A DNA stretch of 64,000 nt, from the NCBI GenBank assembly GCA_051294375.1, contig CM119264.1, positions 30,166,529 through 30,230,528 of the forward strand, written 5' to 3'. Under the pieces are notes generated by a model. It searched no databases, was not told the origin of the DNA, and was given only the letters and a program-made list of their open reading frames with translations. Both the position numbers and the translations under genes were made by a program. Origin of the DNA: Paraspadella gotoi. Its lineage: Eukaryota > Animalia > Chaetognatha. Shown in pieces: positions 1 through 14,458 of this stretch (position 1 is its first letter; every line of letters starts with the position of its first letter).

Positions 1-433
1 GACGACGACACGACGACGACGACGATGCACGTTACGAGAGCGAACGACGACGAATAGACGATTGAAGACACGACGACGGACGACGACGACGACGGACGAC
101 GACGACGACGAAGACGACGAACGACGATGACGACGACGACGAACGACGAACTTGCCGACGAAGGCGACGACCGATACGATGTTGCGATGGACGACGACGA
201 GAGCGTTAACGATGATCGACGAACGACGCACAGAAGACGACGACGAACGACAGAACGACGAAGACGACGACGAACGATGCGACGAGATCGACGACGACGA
301 CGACCCGAACGAGATTCGAGACGAGAGACGCACGACGACGACGACGAACGACGAACGACGAAGACAGAAGAGGCGACGACGACGACCGACGAGAACGAAG
401 ACGACGAACGACGACGACGACGACGAACGACGA

Positions 434-465
<32 letters not shown>

Positions 466-470
466 ACGTA
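1..470. repeat. Degenerate (GAC)n microsatellite
   Basis: Noisy GAC tandem array; its reverse-complement counterpart (TCG)n is at ~9780-9890. Confidence 0.95.
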
Positions 471-3400
471 ACGAGATTCGTCAAAGGACGATTATCTTTC
501 TCGAGTCAACGGATTTTTTTAGCGGTTCGTAAAATTCGCTGACTGCAATGAGTTTTCCAAAATAATTTAATTTAAATATTCGTATTAAATTATATCCATC
601 GTAACTAAGCGAACGTTCCGGGATGGAGGACGTGATTCAGATAATTCAATATAGTTTATATATTTCGAATACATACCCATTGTGTATGAATTGAAATAAT
701 TAATTGTTGTCGTTATGGAGTCTTTTTTTCATTCAACATCTGGCATCGACGGTTTTTCATCTCCGCGTCTTTTGTTTTGCGGCGATTATCTAATTCCAGT
801 TGTATAGATTTTTAAGCTGTCGCAAACATCTCTGATTTCTAATCACGTTGTTATTTCTTTGTTCATGGTGCTGAAATATTGGGTGTAGACTAGTAATTAT
901 TCACTAGTCTCACAGGCCATCTGTAGTCTCATATAAGTTTTCAGTCAGCGCAGAATGTTGCATGCGTGTCGAATTAGACGATGTAATGCCGATTTATATT
1001 ATAGCTTGAGACTAGCGGGTGCAAGTTCTAGGTGTGTATACAAAGCCTAAAACTTCTTTCTTACAAATCAAAACTCTTCCTTTGGATTAGACTACATTGG
1101 CATGGTTTGTCGTACAGCAGAGATCAATATAAGAGCTTACACCAAGAACGGAAATCTATATACTTTAACTCGCGGGTGGGCAAGCTTGGGACGTTCGATA
1201 TAATGGACAAATATCAGAATTATAGGAAACATATTCTTTGAAATCCAAACTCTCATTATGGACTAGGACCGAAAAAGGGAGATAATTGACAAGGTACTTA
1301 CGTGGGAAGTTGTAGACGATTTCAAAACACGGCAGTCTGTGACAAGTAAGTAGTTCTTGCACTTTTTAAGTAGAAGACTTTGCTTAGAGAGTGAACTGCT
1401 AACATTGATTTCATATTATCTCATTTGTCTAACGACAGGATAGGAGGCCTCTTGCAGAAACACACAGCAGAAAGCCTTGGTCAGACGTTATGCCGACGGC
1501 GACAAAGTATAACTCTTCTAATCACTGTCTCTACATAAAATGATGCATCTCTAAATACTACATTTATACGATGTATATGGTCTAGACTATACTAATCATT
1601 ATCGCATTACACCGATATTAGAACAGTAACATTGCCCTTATGTAATTCCAGCTATTGCAAGCATAAGTCGATCATAGGTCTGAACGTGCAAACGATAAAA
1701 GTACAGACAATAATGTACAGAGATATTGCCTCAGCCCCATCTCTATTAATAGTGATGGTTAATTTTATCTCGGTCAGTATCTTTGTTACCCGCGATTCGT
1801 GTCTCGTGAATATATCAATTTAGAGGATAGGTGGGTGTTCCGTCTCTATACCAATGGGAAGCATTTGAAGAGAAAATGCAAAGTTAGATAACGGGAACGG
1901 AACGCTCTACGACCGAGAAAGACTGCTGAATCTTATCATCGCGGAGGGCTTTTGAAGGAATGTAATGTATTTTTCGTTCTAGATAATCTAACATTAATTA
2001 TCCTCTATTTTTTAATTTTTTTTTTAACTTCGTTAATACTTATATGTTTAAAATATTGTAAACGTGCGTGAAGAAGTAGATTAAACGTGTAAAAGTCAGT
2101 TATAGATAAAACTAACTTGACAATTAACTCCTATTAGACTTATAAATACGCTGAAGTTTCCCTCTTGTAGCGATTTCGAATTAAAAAATTCATCTTTTGC
2201 ATATTAACCTTCGTCGTCGTTCTTTGTCCTATTTGATTTTGCCCTGAGTTTTCAGAGAAGACTGAGATCGGCTGCGGCGGCAGGGGCTGCGGGGAGGGAC
2301 GCAGGGGCGACAGGAGCTGCGCCGGGGCGGCGGCCGTGCGGCGGCCAGTGCGGCAGCGGAATCCGGGAAAAGTATTCATCCGCGATGAATTGAGTTTAGA
2401 TAATAATCAGAATCGACATCAAAATTGATTTTTTCCCTTTTGAGTTAAAGAGAATGGTTTTTTCCTTATTAACGACGATGACGACAGACGAAGACGACGA
2501 CGACGAGAAGAAGAACCCGTCCAACGAAGAGAACCGCCGGAAACGAAGGGGACATAAAGAAGCCGTTTCTGGTTCCACTCGAAGACGCTCTGATTAAATC
2601 ATCTTTGTTTTCCGCTTTTGTTTTTAGTTTGTTTTTTGTCATCGTAGATGTCGCTGCGATGGGAGGAGGAAGAGGAGGAAGAGGAGGAGGGAGTGAGGGG
2701 CGTCGTATTGGCATCTTCTAATGATTTTTTTTCTTTAAGGAAGAAATGAGAGAAGTCGTGTTAAAGACGAACGGAGGAGAGATGGAATCGGTTACAGATG
2801 CATATCTGATCAGAAGGGGTTGGAGTTTTACAGTTGGCGAGTGGAGAGATGATCGTGGACGGGGGAAAAGGATCTGCAGATGGAAGATGGGCAAGATGGC
2901 AGACTGGCAAGGTTGCAGTCAGGAAAGCGAAGTACCGTCTAGCGAGTCGAGACAAAAGGGAACTACAAAGGCGGTTGGGCGTTGTTTTTTTTTGTGTTTT
3001 TTTTTTTTGTTTGTTGTGTTGTTTTTTTTTTAGCTGATGTCAAGTCGGGGAACTTCTGTCGAAAAACGAAATTAAATTCATGTTAAACTCAGTTTAACTG
3101 TTATTTTTTAAAACATGTTTAGTAAACGGAAAAGTCGTTACGAGCAAGGATTTTCATTGATTGATGTGATTGATTGTTTGATTGATTGATTGTTGATTGA
3201 TTGATATGATTGATTGATTGAATTGATTGATTGTTCGGATATGATTAGAGTTGATTGAGTTGGTTGATTGAGTGAATGTTTGATTGGATTTCATTAGTGA
3301 ATTATGGATAATCGATTTTTTTTTTCTTTTTAATACCAGGGAGTTCTATTTGTTAGGAAAATATTCGTGTAATCGAAAGAAAGTTTTTATCATAAATGGA

Positions 3401-4595
3401 TATCATAAGTCATATCATAATCAATCATCATCATCATGCTTAATCATAATCATGCATCACATCATGCTTAATCATAAATCATATCATTCATCCAACAATA
3501 CCAGCATGTTGTCGTCAGTTTAATTTTTTCACTTTTATAGCCGCGAGTTTTGTTAAGACAGAAAAACTCAAATCTAAGTGAATGCTAGCCACGCGTTCAG
3601 GAATTTGATGCAGTGGCGTGGTATAAAGTAATATGACATATAACCTTTGTTAAACATAAAATTTCCTATTCATGTAGTTCATGTGACTCAAGGAATATAG
3701 AACGTGAAAGAAAGTACACTTCGGCCAACACATTGGGGTTGGGACCCATCTTGTTTTTCTTTTTTTTTTCCCTTCGAACTGTGCTTCAGTAATTCTGCGG
3801 TGCATCGGAACGTTAGGGCTTGCCTTTGCTTTGCTTTCTTTTCTTTTCTTTCTCTTGTAGTCTTTCTTTTCTTTTCTTTTCTTTTCTTTTCATGTTTTCT
3901 TTCTTTGTTCTTTTCTTTTCTTTCTTTTCTTTTCCTTTTCCTCTCACCGTTCATTTCTCCTGACCGTGAAGGGTCTACTCGGGAACGCATCATTCTTGTT
4001 CACAATTCTCTTCTCTCTCTTTCTCTCTCTCGTCTCTCTCTCCTCTCTTCTTTCTCTCTCTCTCGTCTCTCTTTTTCGTCTCTCTCTTCTCTTCTCTCTC
4101 TTCTCTCTCTCTGTCGACGTCTCAATATATGCTCTATCTCTACTTAAACTTCCTGTCGGACTTTGTGTTAAGACAGTTTCATTTCTGCTTAATCATAAAG
4201 TCCAACGCTCCTCTCGCCCTCTTCTCCTCTTTCTTCTTTCCTTTCTGTCCCATATAGCTTTGGTCTGTTCCTCGAAATTCTTCATTATGCATTTGTTCTT
4301 TCTTCTCGAATAGTTTTCGTTTCTGGGTGAACCAACTCTGAAACTTTGTGATGATGACTCGTTGTCAAGAGAATATTGCATTCTCTTCTCTGTTCTCTCT
4401 TCTCAGTCTCTCTCTCTCTTCTCTTTTTCTCTCATCTCTCTCTCTCTCTTAAACTGTTTTTGCGTTACTCGTGTTTTGTCTCTCTCTCTCGAATACTGAA
4501 TTTCTTTCTGGTTAGCAACTCTGAAATACTTGTGGCATGCGACTCGCTATACTGAGATAAGGCGTAGTAAAATTCCTAAGTTTAACTTTAATTAA
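1..4595. repeat. Left arm of a ~4.5 kb inverted duplication (partner ~5835-9890)
   Basis: Reverse-complement matches seen by eye: 481-550 with ~9710-9775, 2100-3150 with ~7390-8440, 3450-3830 with ~6560-6900, and 4380-4595 with ~5835-6170. Differences are dominated by indels. Confidence 0.9.
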
Positions 4596-5181
4596 AATGT
4601 CTAAAAGTGAGCGACGAACAACATTATATTTATGAACATTTATGTATAAAAAGAATTTATAGATAATTTAACAATTTACGCGTAGGCCCCATATTTATGA
4701 CTAGTACTCAGAACCAATAATGTTTAAAATTCTCAAAAGAGTTTTTTCGAAGATTTTTTTGCGAGATTTGGATCGTCATAAAATAGTTGATAAAAGAAAT
4801 ATATCTTGTTTTTGAAACATTCCTTTCATTTAAGTGGGTAACAAATTTGAAAAGGCTATTTTTTAAGACTGGAAATTTAACTTTTTATATATTAAGTGGT
4901 TTTTAATTTTTAACACTACATTATGAAAGAGAATTTTTAAAAATGATTATATTTTCTTGTATCACTTTTGACGAGGAATTCAAGATCTGCAATCAAAATT
5001 AAATAAAAGCGCTATTTTGAAATGTTAGGATAGTTTACTGATATATAGAGGTATAAGGCTACTGCGAAAATTAATAAACATAAAATTTATTTTTTTAACA
5101 ATTAATGTTCACTGATGGTATGGGTTGTTCATAAATTGACTTTAGAATTTTATTGTATGTTTAACTTTCGACTACGCCTTA
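4558..5181. mobile_element. MITE-like element (~620 bp), possibly hAT-derived
   Basis: Terminal inverted repeats TAAGGCGTAGT (4558) and ACTACGCCTTA (5171-5181). The left flank in the cleaner inverted copy (~5872-5880) reads CTGAGGAA and the right flank reads CTGAGGGA, an 8-bp TSD with one mismatch. The interior is AT-rich and non-coding. Confidence 0.55.
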
Positions 5182-5975
5182 CTGAGGGATATTGCGAGCT
5201 TCTTTCTCTTCTCTCTCCCGTCAGTCTCTCTCTCTCATCTCTCTCTTCCTCTCACTCTCTCTCTCCTTTTATTAATTTATTAATGTCATATCCAACTCGA
5301 TTGGCAAAAGAAGTCGCTTACAGAGTTCAATATTCGCATAAGATGACGAGATCACGCTTTTTTGCGCACGTCGGCGCCGGGCCGCCGGGCGCCGCGCTTC
5401 ACCTTTTCCAACACCAGCGAGGCTTCTTTCTCAGACTCTCTGCATCTTACGGACGGGGAATTTGTGATCTCAATCTCATCGTGAATTTTTTGAACTTTCG
5501 ATGCTTTAACAGACAGTTGATCGATACTAATTTCACGTATTAATCTTTTCTCAGCGCTCTCTCCGGCCTCTCTTCTCTCTTCATCGTCTCTCCTCTCATC
5601 TGCTCTTTGCATCTCTCGTCTTTCTCTCGTCTTCTCTCTCTCTTCTTTCTCCTCTATTCTGCCTGCGTCCGTTCCTCTCTGCTCTCTCTCCCTGTCTCGT
5701 CGTCTCTCTCTCTCTGCGCTCTACCTCTCTCATGCTCGGTCAGTCGTCTTCATCTGCTCTCTTCTCTCTCTCTCCCGTAGTCGTTTCTTCTCTATGCTTC
5801 CTCCAGGTATTCCGCTCATGCGTGCGGGATGGCAATAATTAAAGTTAAACTTAGGAATTTTACTACGCCTTATTCCTCAGTATAGAGTCGTCATGCCACA
5901 AAGTATCAGAGTTGGTTAACCCAGAAAGAAATTAGTATTCCGAGAGAGAGAGAACAAACACAGTAACGAAAACAG

Positions 5976-6089
<114 letters not shown>

Positions 6090-7362
6090 CAATATTCTCT
6101 TGAAAGAGTCATCATGCGACAAAGTTTCAGAGTTGGTTCACCCAGAAACGAATAACTATTTCGAGAGAGAAAGAACNNNNNNNNNNNNNNNNNNNNNNNN
6201 NNNNNNNNNNNNNNNNNNNNNNNNNNNNNNNNNNNNNNNNNNNNNNNNNNNNNNNNNNNNNNNNNNNNNNNNNNNNNNNNNNNNNNNNNNNNNNNNNNNN
6301 NNNNNNNNNNNNNNNNNNNNNNNNNNNNNNNNNNNNNNNNNNNNNNNNNNNNNNNNNNNNNNNNNNNNNNNNNNNNNNNNNNNNNNNNNNNNNNNNNNNN
6401 NNNNNNNNNNNNNNNNNNNNNNNNNNNNNNNNNNNNNNNNNNNNNNNNNNNNNNNNNNNNNNNNNNNNNNNNNNNNNNNNNNNNNNNNNNNNNNNNNNNN
6501 NNNNNNNNNNNNNNNNNNNNNNNNNNNNNNNNNNNNNNNNNNNNNNNNNNNNNNNAAAGAAAGCAAAGCTAACTTCCGATGCACCGCAGGAATACTGAAT
6601 GCACAGTCGAAGGGAAAAAAAAAAGAAAAACAAGATGGGTCCACCCAATGTGTTGCGCCGAAGTGACTTTCTTTTCACGTCTATTTCCCTGTGATCACAT
6701 GACTACATGAATAGGAAATTTATGTTTAACAAACGTGTTTATATTGTATTTGTATTTATGACACGCACTGCATCGAAATTTCCTGAAGGCGGTGCTAGCA
6801 GTCACTTAGATTTGAGGTTTTTTTTCTGTCTTAACAAACTCGCGGCAAAAGTAAAAAATAAACTGACGACGACGATGTTGGTGATTGTGATGATGATGAT
6901 GATTATGATTAAGATGATGATGATGATGATTATGATTAAGATGATGATGATGATGATTATGATGATGACGATGATGATGATTATGATTAAAAAATTTTCT
7001 TTTCGATTAACGGAGATATTTTCCTAGGACAAATAGAAGCTCTGGNNNNNNNNNNNNNNNNNNNNNNNNNNNNNNNNNNNNNNNNNNNNNNNNNNNNNNN
7101 NNNNNNNNNNNNNNNNNNNNNNNNNNNNNNNNNNNNNNNNNNNNNNNNNNNNNNNNNNNNNNNNNNNNNNNNNNNNNNNNNNNNNNNNNNNNNNNNNNNN
7201 NNNNNNNNNNNNNNNNNNNNNNNNNNNNNNNNNNNNNNNNNNNNNNNNNNNNNNNNNNNNNNNNNNNNNNNNNNNNNNNNNNNNNNNNNNNNNNNNNNNN
7301 NNNNNNNNNNNNNNNNNNNNNNNNNNNNNNNNNNNNNNNNNNNNNNNNNNNNNNNNNNNNNN

Positions 7363-7398
<36 letters not shown>

Positions 7399-7810
7399 TG
7401 AAAATCTTGGCTCGTACGACTTTTCCGTTTACTATAAATGTTTTAAATAACAGTAAACTGAGTTTTTAACATGAATTAATTTGTTTTTCGCAGATTCCCC
7501 GACTGAATCAGCAAAAAAAAACAACAACAAAAAAACAAAAACAAAAAAAAACAAGCAACCGCCGTTGTAGTTCCCTTTTGTCTCGACTCGCTAGACGGTA
7601 GCTTCGCTTTCCTGAGTGCAACGTTGCCAGTCTGCCATCTGCCATCTTCCATCTGCAACTCTTCCCCGTCCACGATCATCTCTCACTCGCCAACTGTAAA
7701 TCCAACGCCCTTCTTGATCAGATATCATCTGTAACCGATTCCATCTCTCTCCGTTCGTCTTTAACACGACTTCTCTCATTTCTTCCTTAAGAGAAAAAAA
7801 AATATTAGAG

Positions 7811-8322
7811 ATGCAATCGACGCCCCTTCACTCCCTCCTCCTCTTCCTCCTCTTCCTCCTCGCCATCGCAGCGACATCTACGATGAAAAAACAAACTAAA
7901 AACAAAAGGGAAACAAAGGATGAGTTTAATCAGAGGCGTCTCGAGTGGAACCAGAGACGGGCGTCTTTTATGTCCCCTTCGTTTCCGGCGGGTTCGTCTT
8001 CGTTGGAGGGTTCTTCTTCGTCGTCGTCGTCGTCTTCGTCGTCGTCATCGTCGTTAATTAAGGATAAAAACCATTTTCTCTTTAACTCAAAAGGGAAAAT
8101 CAATTTTGATGTCGATTCTGATTTATTATCTAAACTCAATTCATCGGCGGATGAATACTTTTCCGGATTCGCTGCCGCACCTGCCGCCGACGCCGCCGCC
8201 GCCGGCGCAGCTCCTGTCGCCCCTGCCGTCCCTGCCGCCCCTGCAGCCCCTGCCGCCGCAGCCGATTCAGTTTCGTCTGAAAAACTCAGGCGAAAATCAA
8301 AAGGACAAAGACGACGACGAAG
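7811..8322 (+). other. Possible coding exon(s), Pro/Ala/Ser-rich, unidentified
   Basis: GC-rich open frame (ADEYFSGFAAAPAADAAAAGAAPVAPAVPAAP...) ending at a donor-like AAG|GTAAAT at ~8322; no recognisable domain. Confidence 0.25.
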
Positions 8323-9214
8323 GTAAATATGAAAGATGGAATTTTTTTAATTTCGAAATCGCGACAAAGAGGGAAATGTCATGTATTTATAAGTCTAATA
8401 GGAGTTTGTCAGTTGTTTTTATCTATACTGACTTTTAAGTTTAATTATTCTTCACGCACGTTTAAATATTTTAACATAAGATTAACGAAGTAAAAAAAAA
8501 ATTAAAAAAGATAATTAATTTGTAGATTATTAAACGAAAAAAATAATTCTTAAAGCTCCGCGAGAAATAGAGTTTTCTCGGGAGAGCGTTGTTTCTACTT
8601 TGCTTCTTCAAACGCAACTAATTTGAGTTTCACGGAGAAGCCAAAGTAACAAAGATACTGACCGAGATAATGACAGTATTAATAGAGAGGGCGAGGCATA
8701 TCTTTGTACATTTTGTTTGTCTTTTGTGATGTCGACTTTGTCGTGTGATAGTGGATTAGTATGTTAGCTTTATCGGGTAAGTCTGGATTAAGTTGTTGGC
8801 TAAATCGTGTGTGTGAGAGTGTGAGAGTGTGAGAGTGAGTGTCGATTGGGAGCTCACTGCTCGGCTTTTCTGGGGTGGATATTGATTAGAGTTATCAGAA
8901 TTGTCATTTAAGAGCAAATATTGAGTTGTTGACGTATTGACTAAATTTTTTTTTCGGTTAAGCCTAATGATATTTGTCTGATATTTGCCAATGACGTCGC
9001 CAGCTTTGCCGAGTTAATATTTTCATTGGCTTGTAAGCTATGTCGTGTAAACATCAATTGTCAGTTTTGTTAAGATAAGAGTTGTTAGCTTTAGATCACT
9101 GAAAGTAGACTATAAAGTTTTTAGCAGTAATTAATACGGGTACGATTGTCTTCGTATGAGGACTGATCCTGTCTTTAACGCTCCTAGGCATACTCCAGCA
9201 ATAGCTGTGAGAAA

Positions 9215-9512
9215 CTATGAATCAGATGCTGGGGACAGTTAAGAATAAAACAGACTGAGTGAATCAGATGATATGGGCGTGATCCTGATGTCATGGAGGC
9301 ATAGTACTGCTAGAATCAATGTTGAGGGACGTAAATAACTGTGAATCAGATGTTGGGGAACAGTAAGAAATAAAACTGCGAATCAGAGTGTTGGGGACCA
9401 GCAATGAATCATTTTGAGGTTAGAAAATATCCAGAATAGATTTGGGGGACAGTCAAAAATAAACCTGTGAATCAGATGATTAGGGCGAGGCAGAGAAATA
9501 AACATGTGAATC
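9215..9512. repeat. Minisatellite, ~36-bp unit (GTGAATCAGATGTTGGGGACAGTAAGAAATAAAACT-like)
   Basis: About 7-8 noisy copies of the GAATCAGATG..GGGGACAG..AAATAA motif. Confidence 0.75.
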
Positions 9513-9802
9513 GCCGAAAAAAAGACGCGATGAAAACTGTCCGATGCCAGATGTGAATGAAAAAAAGATCAAAGGAAAATCTTATTTCAATTCATGAAAT
9601 GTATGTATGTAATATTTAATAATTAATGTTCAGTGTTTCAATCTATCCGGACGTTTCGTTAAGTTTACGATGATATTTTAATAGGAAATTAAAATTTAAA
9701 TTATTTAAACTCATTGAGTCGCGAATTACGACGTAAAAAAATCCGTTGGACTCGAGAAGAGAATCGATCCTTTGATATCGTCGTTCGTCTCGGGATTCGT
9801 CG

Positions 9803-9834
<32 letters not shown>

Positions 9835-10551
9835 GTGTCGTCGTCGTCGTCGTCTCGTCGTCTGTTCGTCATCATCAGATCGTCGTCGTCCATCGTAATT
9901 TAACTTGCACAGCGACTGTAAGCCGAGTAAATTAAAAAAAGAATATGAAACCCATTGGAAAGAAAAGTCGGTATTCTAATGGAGGCGAAATAGAGATAAA
10001 TACATTTTATTTCTACTTCTTTAATTCTCTGTTCAACATTTTATAAAAATCAATTTAATTTTTTTAATATACATTATTTTCTCGTCTCGCGATCGAAACG
10101 ATGACTGGTGGAGAAAATGGGGCACACAAAGGGAGAGAGAAAATAGTCTGTCTTTCTTACTTTACTTATTATTCTTTCTTTCTTTCTTTCTTTCTTGTCT
10201 TTTTTCTTTTTTTTCTTTCTTTCCTTTTTGTTTTCGTAAAAATTAAGTTTTCACATTAATCAGATTTTTTTTTTCAAATCTGTTTTCAATTCCGGTGCGT
10301 TTAGGGGGAGAGAGGGGAGAGAGAGAGAGGAGAAAGAGGGGACAGAGAGGGGGAGAGAGAGGGGAGAGAAAGGGAGAGAGAGGGGAGAAAGAGGGGACAA
10401 AGAGGGGAGAAAGACGGGAGAGAGAGGGGAGAGCAGTAGATGGAAAGAGAAGGATATTTTTGTATTTTAAATGTTTTTGTTGACAAAAAGAAAAAAAAGT
10501 GGCTACGAAAAAAGGAAATAATTGTTATTATATTGTGAGATTTCCCCCCCC

Positions 10552-10584
<33 letters not shown>

Positions 10585-10664
10585 TCTCTTCTCTCTCTCT
10601 ATCTTGCCTCCCTCTCATTCTCTATTTGTCTCCGTTCGTTGATATATTTATGTATATGGTTTTT

Positions 10665-13020
10665 CCAGACCAAATTGTGTCGAATCAAACCGGATTTTGT
10701 ATCTTTCTTATCTTTCTTATCGTTCTTATACTTTTCATATCCTTATTCTTTCTTATGATGTTTCTTATCTTTCTTATCGTTTTCGAACAACCGGCCATTT
10801 TTTTTTTCTTCTTATTTGTCTTCATCTTTCTTTATCTTCTTTATCTTTCTTATCTATCCTTATCTTATGCTTTCTTAATCTTTTTCGAATCCAACCAGGC
10901 CATTTTTTTTCTTTCCTTATCTTTCTTTCTTTCTTATCTTTCTTATTCTTATGCTTCTTTATCTTTCTTAGTCTTTTCGAATCAACCGGCCATTTTTTTT
11001 TCTTTCTTATCTTTTCTTATCTTTCTTATCTTTCTTATCTTATCTTTTCTATCTTCTTATCTTTTGCGGAATCAAACCGCGCCATCTTTTTTCTTTCTTA
11101 TCGTTTCTTTAATCTTTCTTATCTTTCTTATCTTATTTATCTTCTTCTTTCTATCTTTCGACACGCATTTTTTCTCTTATCTTTCTTACCTATTCTTTCT
11201 TAGTTCTTCTACTATCTTTCTTATCTTTCTGTAATCTTTTCGAGAGAATCAACCGGCCATATTTTTTTCTTTCTTATTCTATCCTTTCTTATCTTTCTTA
11301 TCTTCGTTAATCTTATCTTTCTTATCTTTCTATCCTTATGTCGAATCAAGCCGGCCATGTATTTTTTTCTTCTTATTTTCTTATCTCTTATCTTGTCTTT
11401 TCTATGCTATCTTATCTACTTTCTTTCTTTGATCCTTTTTTTTCTCTATCTTTCTTAATCTTCTTTATTCTCTTTTTTTATCTCGGGCGCCATTTTTTCT
11501 GTATCTTTTATCTTTTTCTTTATGCTTTTCTTATTCATCTTTGTTCCGAATCAACCGGCCATTTTTTTTGTCTTTGTCGTTATGCTTGTCTTATCTTTCC
11601 TTATCTTTTCCTTATCTTTCTTATCTTATCTTGTCTATATCTTTCTTATCTTTTCGATGCAACCGGCCATTTTTTTTTCTTTCTTAGTCTTTCTTATCTT
11701 TTCTTATCTTTCTTATGCTGTTCTTAATCTTTGCTTTCTTATCTTTACTTGATGCTTTCTTATCTTATCTTTCTATTATCTTTCTTATCTTTTCGAATCA
11801 ACCGGCCATTTTTTTTCTTTCTTATCTTTCTTATCTTTATCTTTCTTATCTTTCTTATCTTATCTTTCTTATCTTTCTTATCTTTTCGAATCAACCGGCC
11901 ATTTTTTTTCTTTCTTATCTTTCTTATCTTTCTTATCTTTCTATTCTTATCTTCCTTATCTTTCTTATCTGTTTCGAATCAACCGGCCATTTTTTTTTCT
12001 TTCTTATCTTTCTAATCTTTCTTATCTTTCTTATCTTATCTTTTCTTATCTTTCTTATCTTTTCGAATCAACCGGCCTTTTTTTCTTTCTTATCTTTCTT
12101 ATCTTTCTTATCTTTCTTATCTATCTTTCTTTATCTTTTCTTATCTTTTCGAATCAACCGGCCATTTTTTTTTCTTTCTTATCTTTCTTATCTTTCTTAT
12201 CTTTCTTATCTTTCTTATCTTATCTTTCTTATCTTTTCTTATCTTTTCGAATCAACCGGCCATTTTTTTTCTTTCTATCTTTCTTATTCTTCATCTTTCT
12301 ATCTCTTATCATCTCTATCTTTCTATCTTTTCGAATCAACCGGCCATTTTTTTTCTTTCTTTCTTATCTTTCTTATCTTTCTTATCTTTCTTATCTTATC
12401 TTTCTTATCTTTCTTATCTTTTGAATCAACCGGCCCATTTTTTTTTTCTTTCTTATCTTTCTTATCTTTCTTATCTTTCTTATCTTTGCGTTATCTTTAT
12501 CTTTCTTATCTTTCTTATCTTTCGAATCAACCGGCCATTTTTTTTCTTCTCCTTATCTTTCTGACTTTCTTAATCTTTCTTATCTTATCTTTCTTATCTT
12601 TCTTATCTTTTCCCTCGATTCAACCGCCCGCTGGCCATTTTTTTTTCTTTCTTATCTTTCTATCTTTCTTATCTTTCTTATCTTTCTTATCTTATCTTTC
12701 TTTATCTTTCTTTATCTTTTCGAATCAACCGGCCATTTTTTTTCTTCTTATCTTTCTTATCTTTCTTTTATCTTTCTTATCTTTCTTATCTTATCTTTCC
12801 TTATCTTTCTATCTTTTCGAATCAACCGGCCATTTTTTTCTTCTTATCGTTTCTTATCTTTCTTATCTGTCTTATTTATCTTTCTTATCTTTCTTAATTC
12901 TTGTTTCGAATAACCCGGGACCATTTTTTTTCTTTCCTTATTCTTTCTTTCTTTTAATCTTTCTTATCTTTCTTCCTTGATCTTTTGTCTTCTTCGAAAT
13001 CAACGGCCAATTTTTTTTTC
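10665..13020. repeat. Satellite, ~85-95-bp unit: TCGAATCAACCGGCCATTTTTTTTC followed by (TTTCTTATC)n
   Basis: More than 20 copies of the TCGAATCAACCGGCC anchor separated by 9-mer subrepeats. The long hydrophobic ORFs here are repeat translations. Confidence 0.95.
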
Positions 13021-13549
13021 TTTATCGAAAACGTGTGGCGAGTGAGATAAGGTAGCTCGAGTTGGGATTGGATGGGTTGGGGTATAAGAGATTTTTTTTC
13101 TTTCTTATACAAAATAAAAGAAAATTGAAAAAAAACCAACTTTTTTTGACAAAAATAGAAAAATGAGAGAAAAAAGATTTAAAAAAATAAATGTAATTAG
13201 TAAAAAGAAATTCAATTTGAGCTAAAAAAATCCGATATGACTATTCATTTATCTTAGATATGACTGACGTAATGATTACAATTAATTAGTGGTTAGTCAA
13301 TATTAGTCAATATTAAATAAGAATAAAGAGATATGGTTTATTATATAATTCTTTAACCTAACATTTGTAGTATTACACAAGAACTAAATCATTTTCGAAA
13401 CAATCCACAAAGTATTCTGCTAAACAAATTGTTATATTAAAAATGTTATATCTTTCTGATGGTTTTTTTTAGTAATATTCACTTGTTTTTAAGATTTGAC
13501 AAAATTTGAGACATTCTAATGTGTTAAAAAGATATTTACTTACTTACTG

Positions 13550-13587
<38 letters not shown>

Positions 13588-13713
13588 AACAATAACAACA
13601 ACAAGGGAGAGTTTATCAACTTCTTAAAAAATCTTCTTTTGGCTTCAATCGAATTCGAGAGAAACAATCGACTGAATGATTAATGACCAGAGTCACGCCG
13701 TATATCCGCTCGT

Positions 13714-13756
<43 letters not shown>

Positions 13757-13957
13757 TATATAAAATGAGTAAATGAGAAAGAGAGAAAGAGAAAAAGAGA
13801 AAAAAAAGGAAAGAGAGATAGAGAAAATAAATAGAAAGAGAAAGAGAGCGATAGAGAGCGATAGAGAGCGAGTGCTTAGATTCAATCACACTTTCCACTT
13901 TCTTTCATTTTCTTTTGTTTTCTGTTTACCGACGCAATTAATCAGGCCGCGGTTAGA

Positions 13958-14031
<74 letters not shown>

Positions 14032-14085
14032 GCTCAAGAAATGTATTGCCGCGCGGATGAGTTGTGAAATGAAAGGGGGGGGCGG

Positions 14086-14458
14086 TGTGATCTGATGGTG
14101 AGATAGTGAGGGTTGAAGGAGCCTCACGCAGTTTGAAAGGCAGGAGTTAAAAGGAAAAAGAATTTCACGCAAAGAAACCATCATGAGGAGTGAACTAAGT
14201 CAGGGGTGTAAAGAAGTGAGTGATGAATGCTTATTGTAGAATGGTTATTGGTTATTTAAGGAAGCGATCTGCATAAGACTGAAAAGTTTAAAGAGCTGAG
14301 GTGCAAAGTAGTGAAAAAAATAAATTAAGCGAAGTAATACATGGGTATTAAAGCCAGGGTGTAAGATACTTTCCAGTCGTGACTAAATATTAGTGACACA
14401 ATACAGCGATGTAAGCATGGACCGAGGACTGAGGAGAGAGAGAAAAGCTTTAACAACA
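14086..14458 (+). mobile_element. Probable 3' LTR remnant preceded by a polypurine tract
   Basis: PPT-like GAAAGGGGGGGGCGG (14071-14085) is followed directly by TGTGAT. There is an ATTAAA at ~14347 and the segment ends ...TAACAACA. No partner LTR is in the window. Confidence 0.4.

Noticed and set aside
10626-12980. Long hydrophobic ORFs (202 aa, 421 aa) resembling membrane proteins
   Set aside because: They are translations of the TTTCTTATC satellite, open in several frames.
10665-13020. CRISPR-like constant repeat with variable spacers
   Set aside because: The spacers are themselves 9-mer repeats, there are no cas genes, and the context is eukaryotic.
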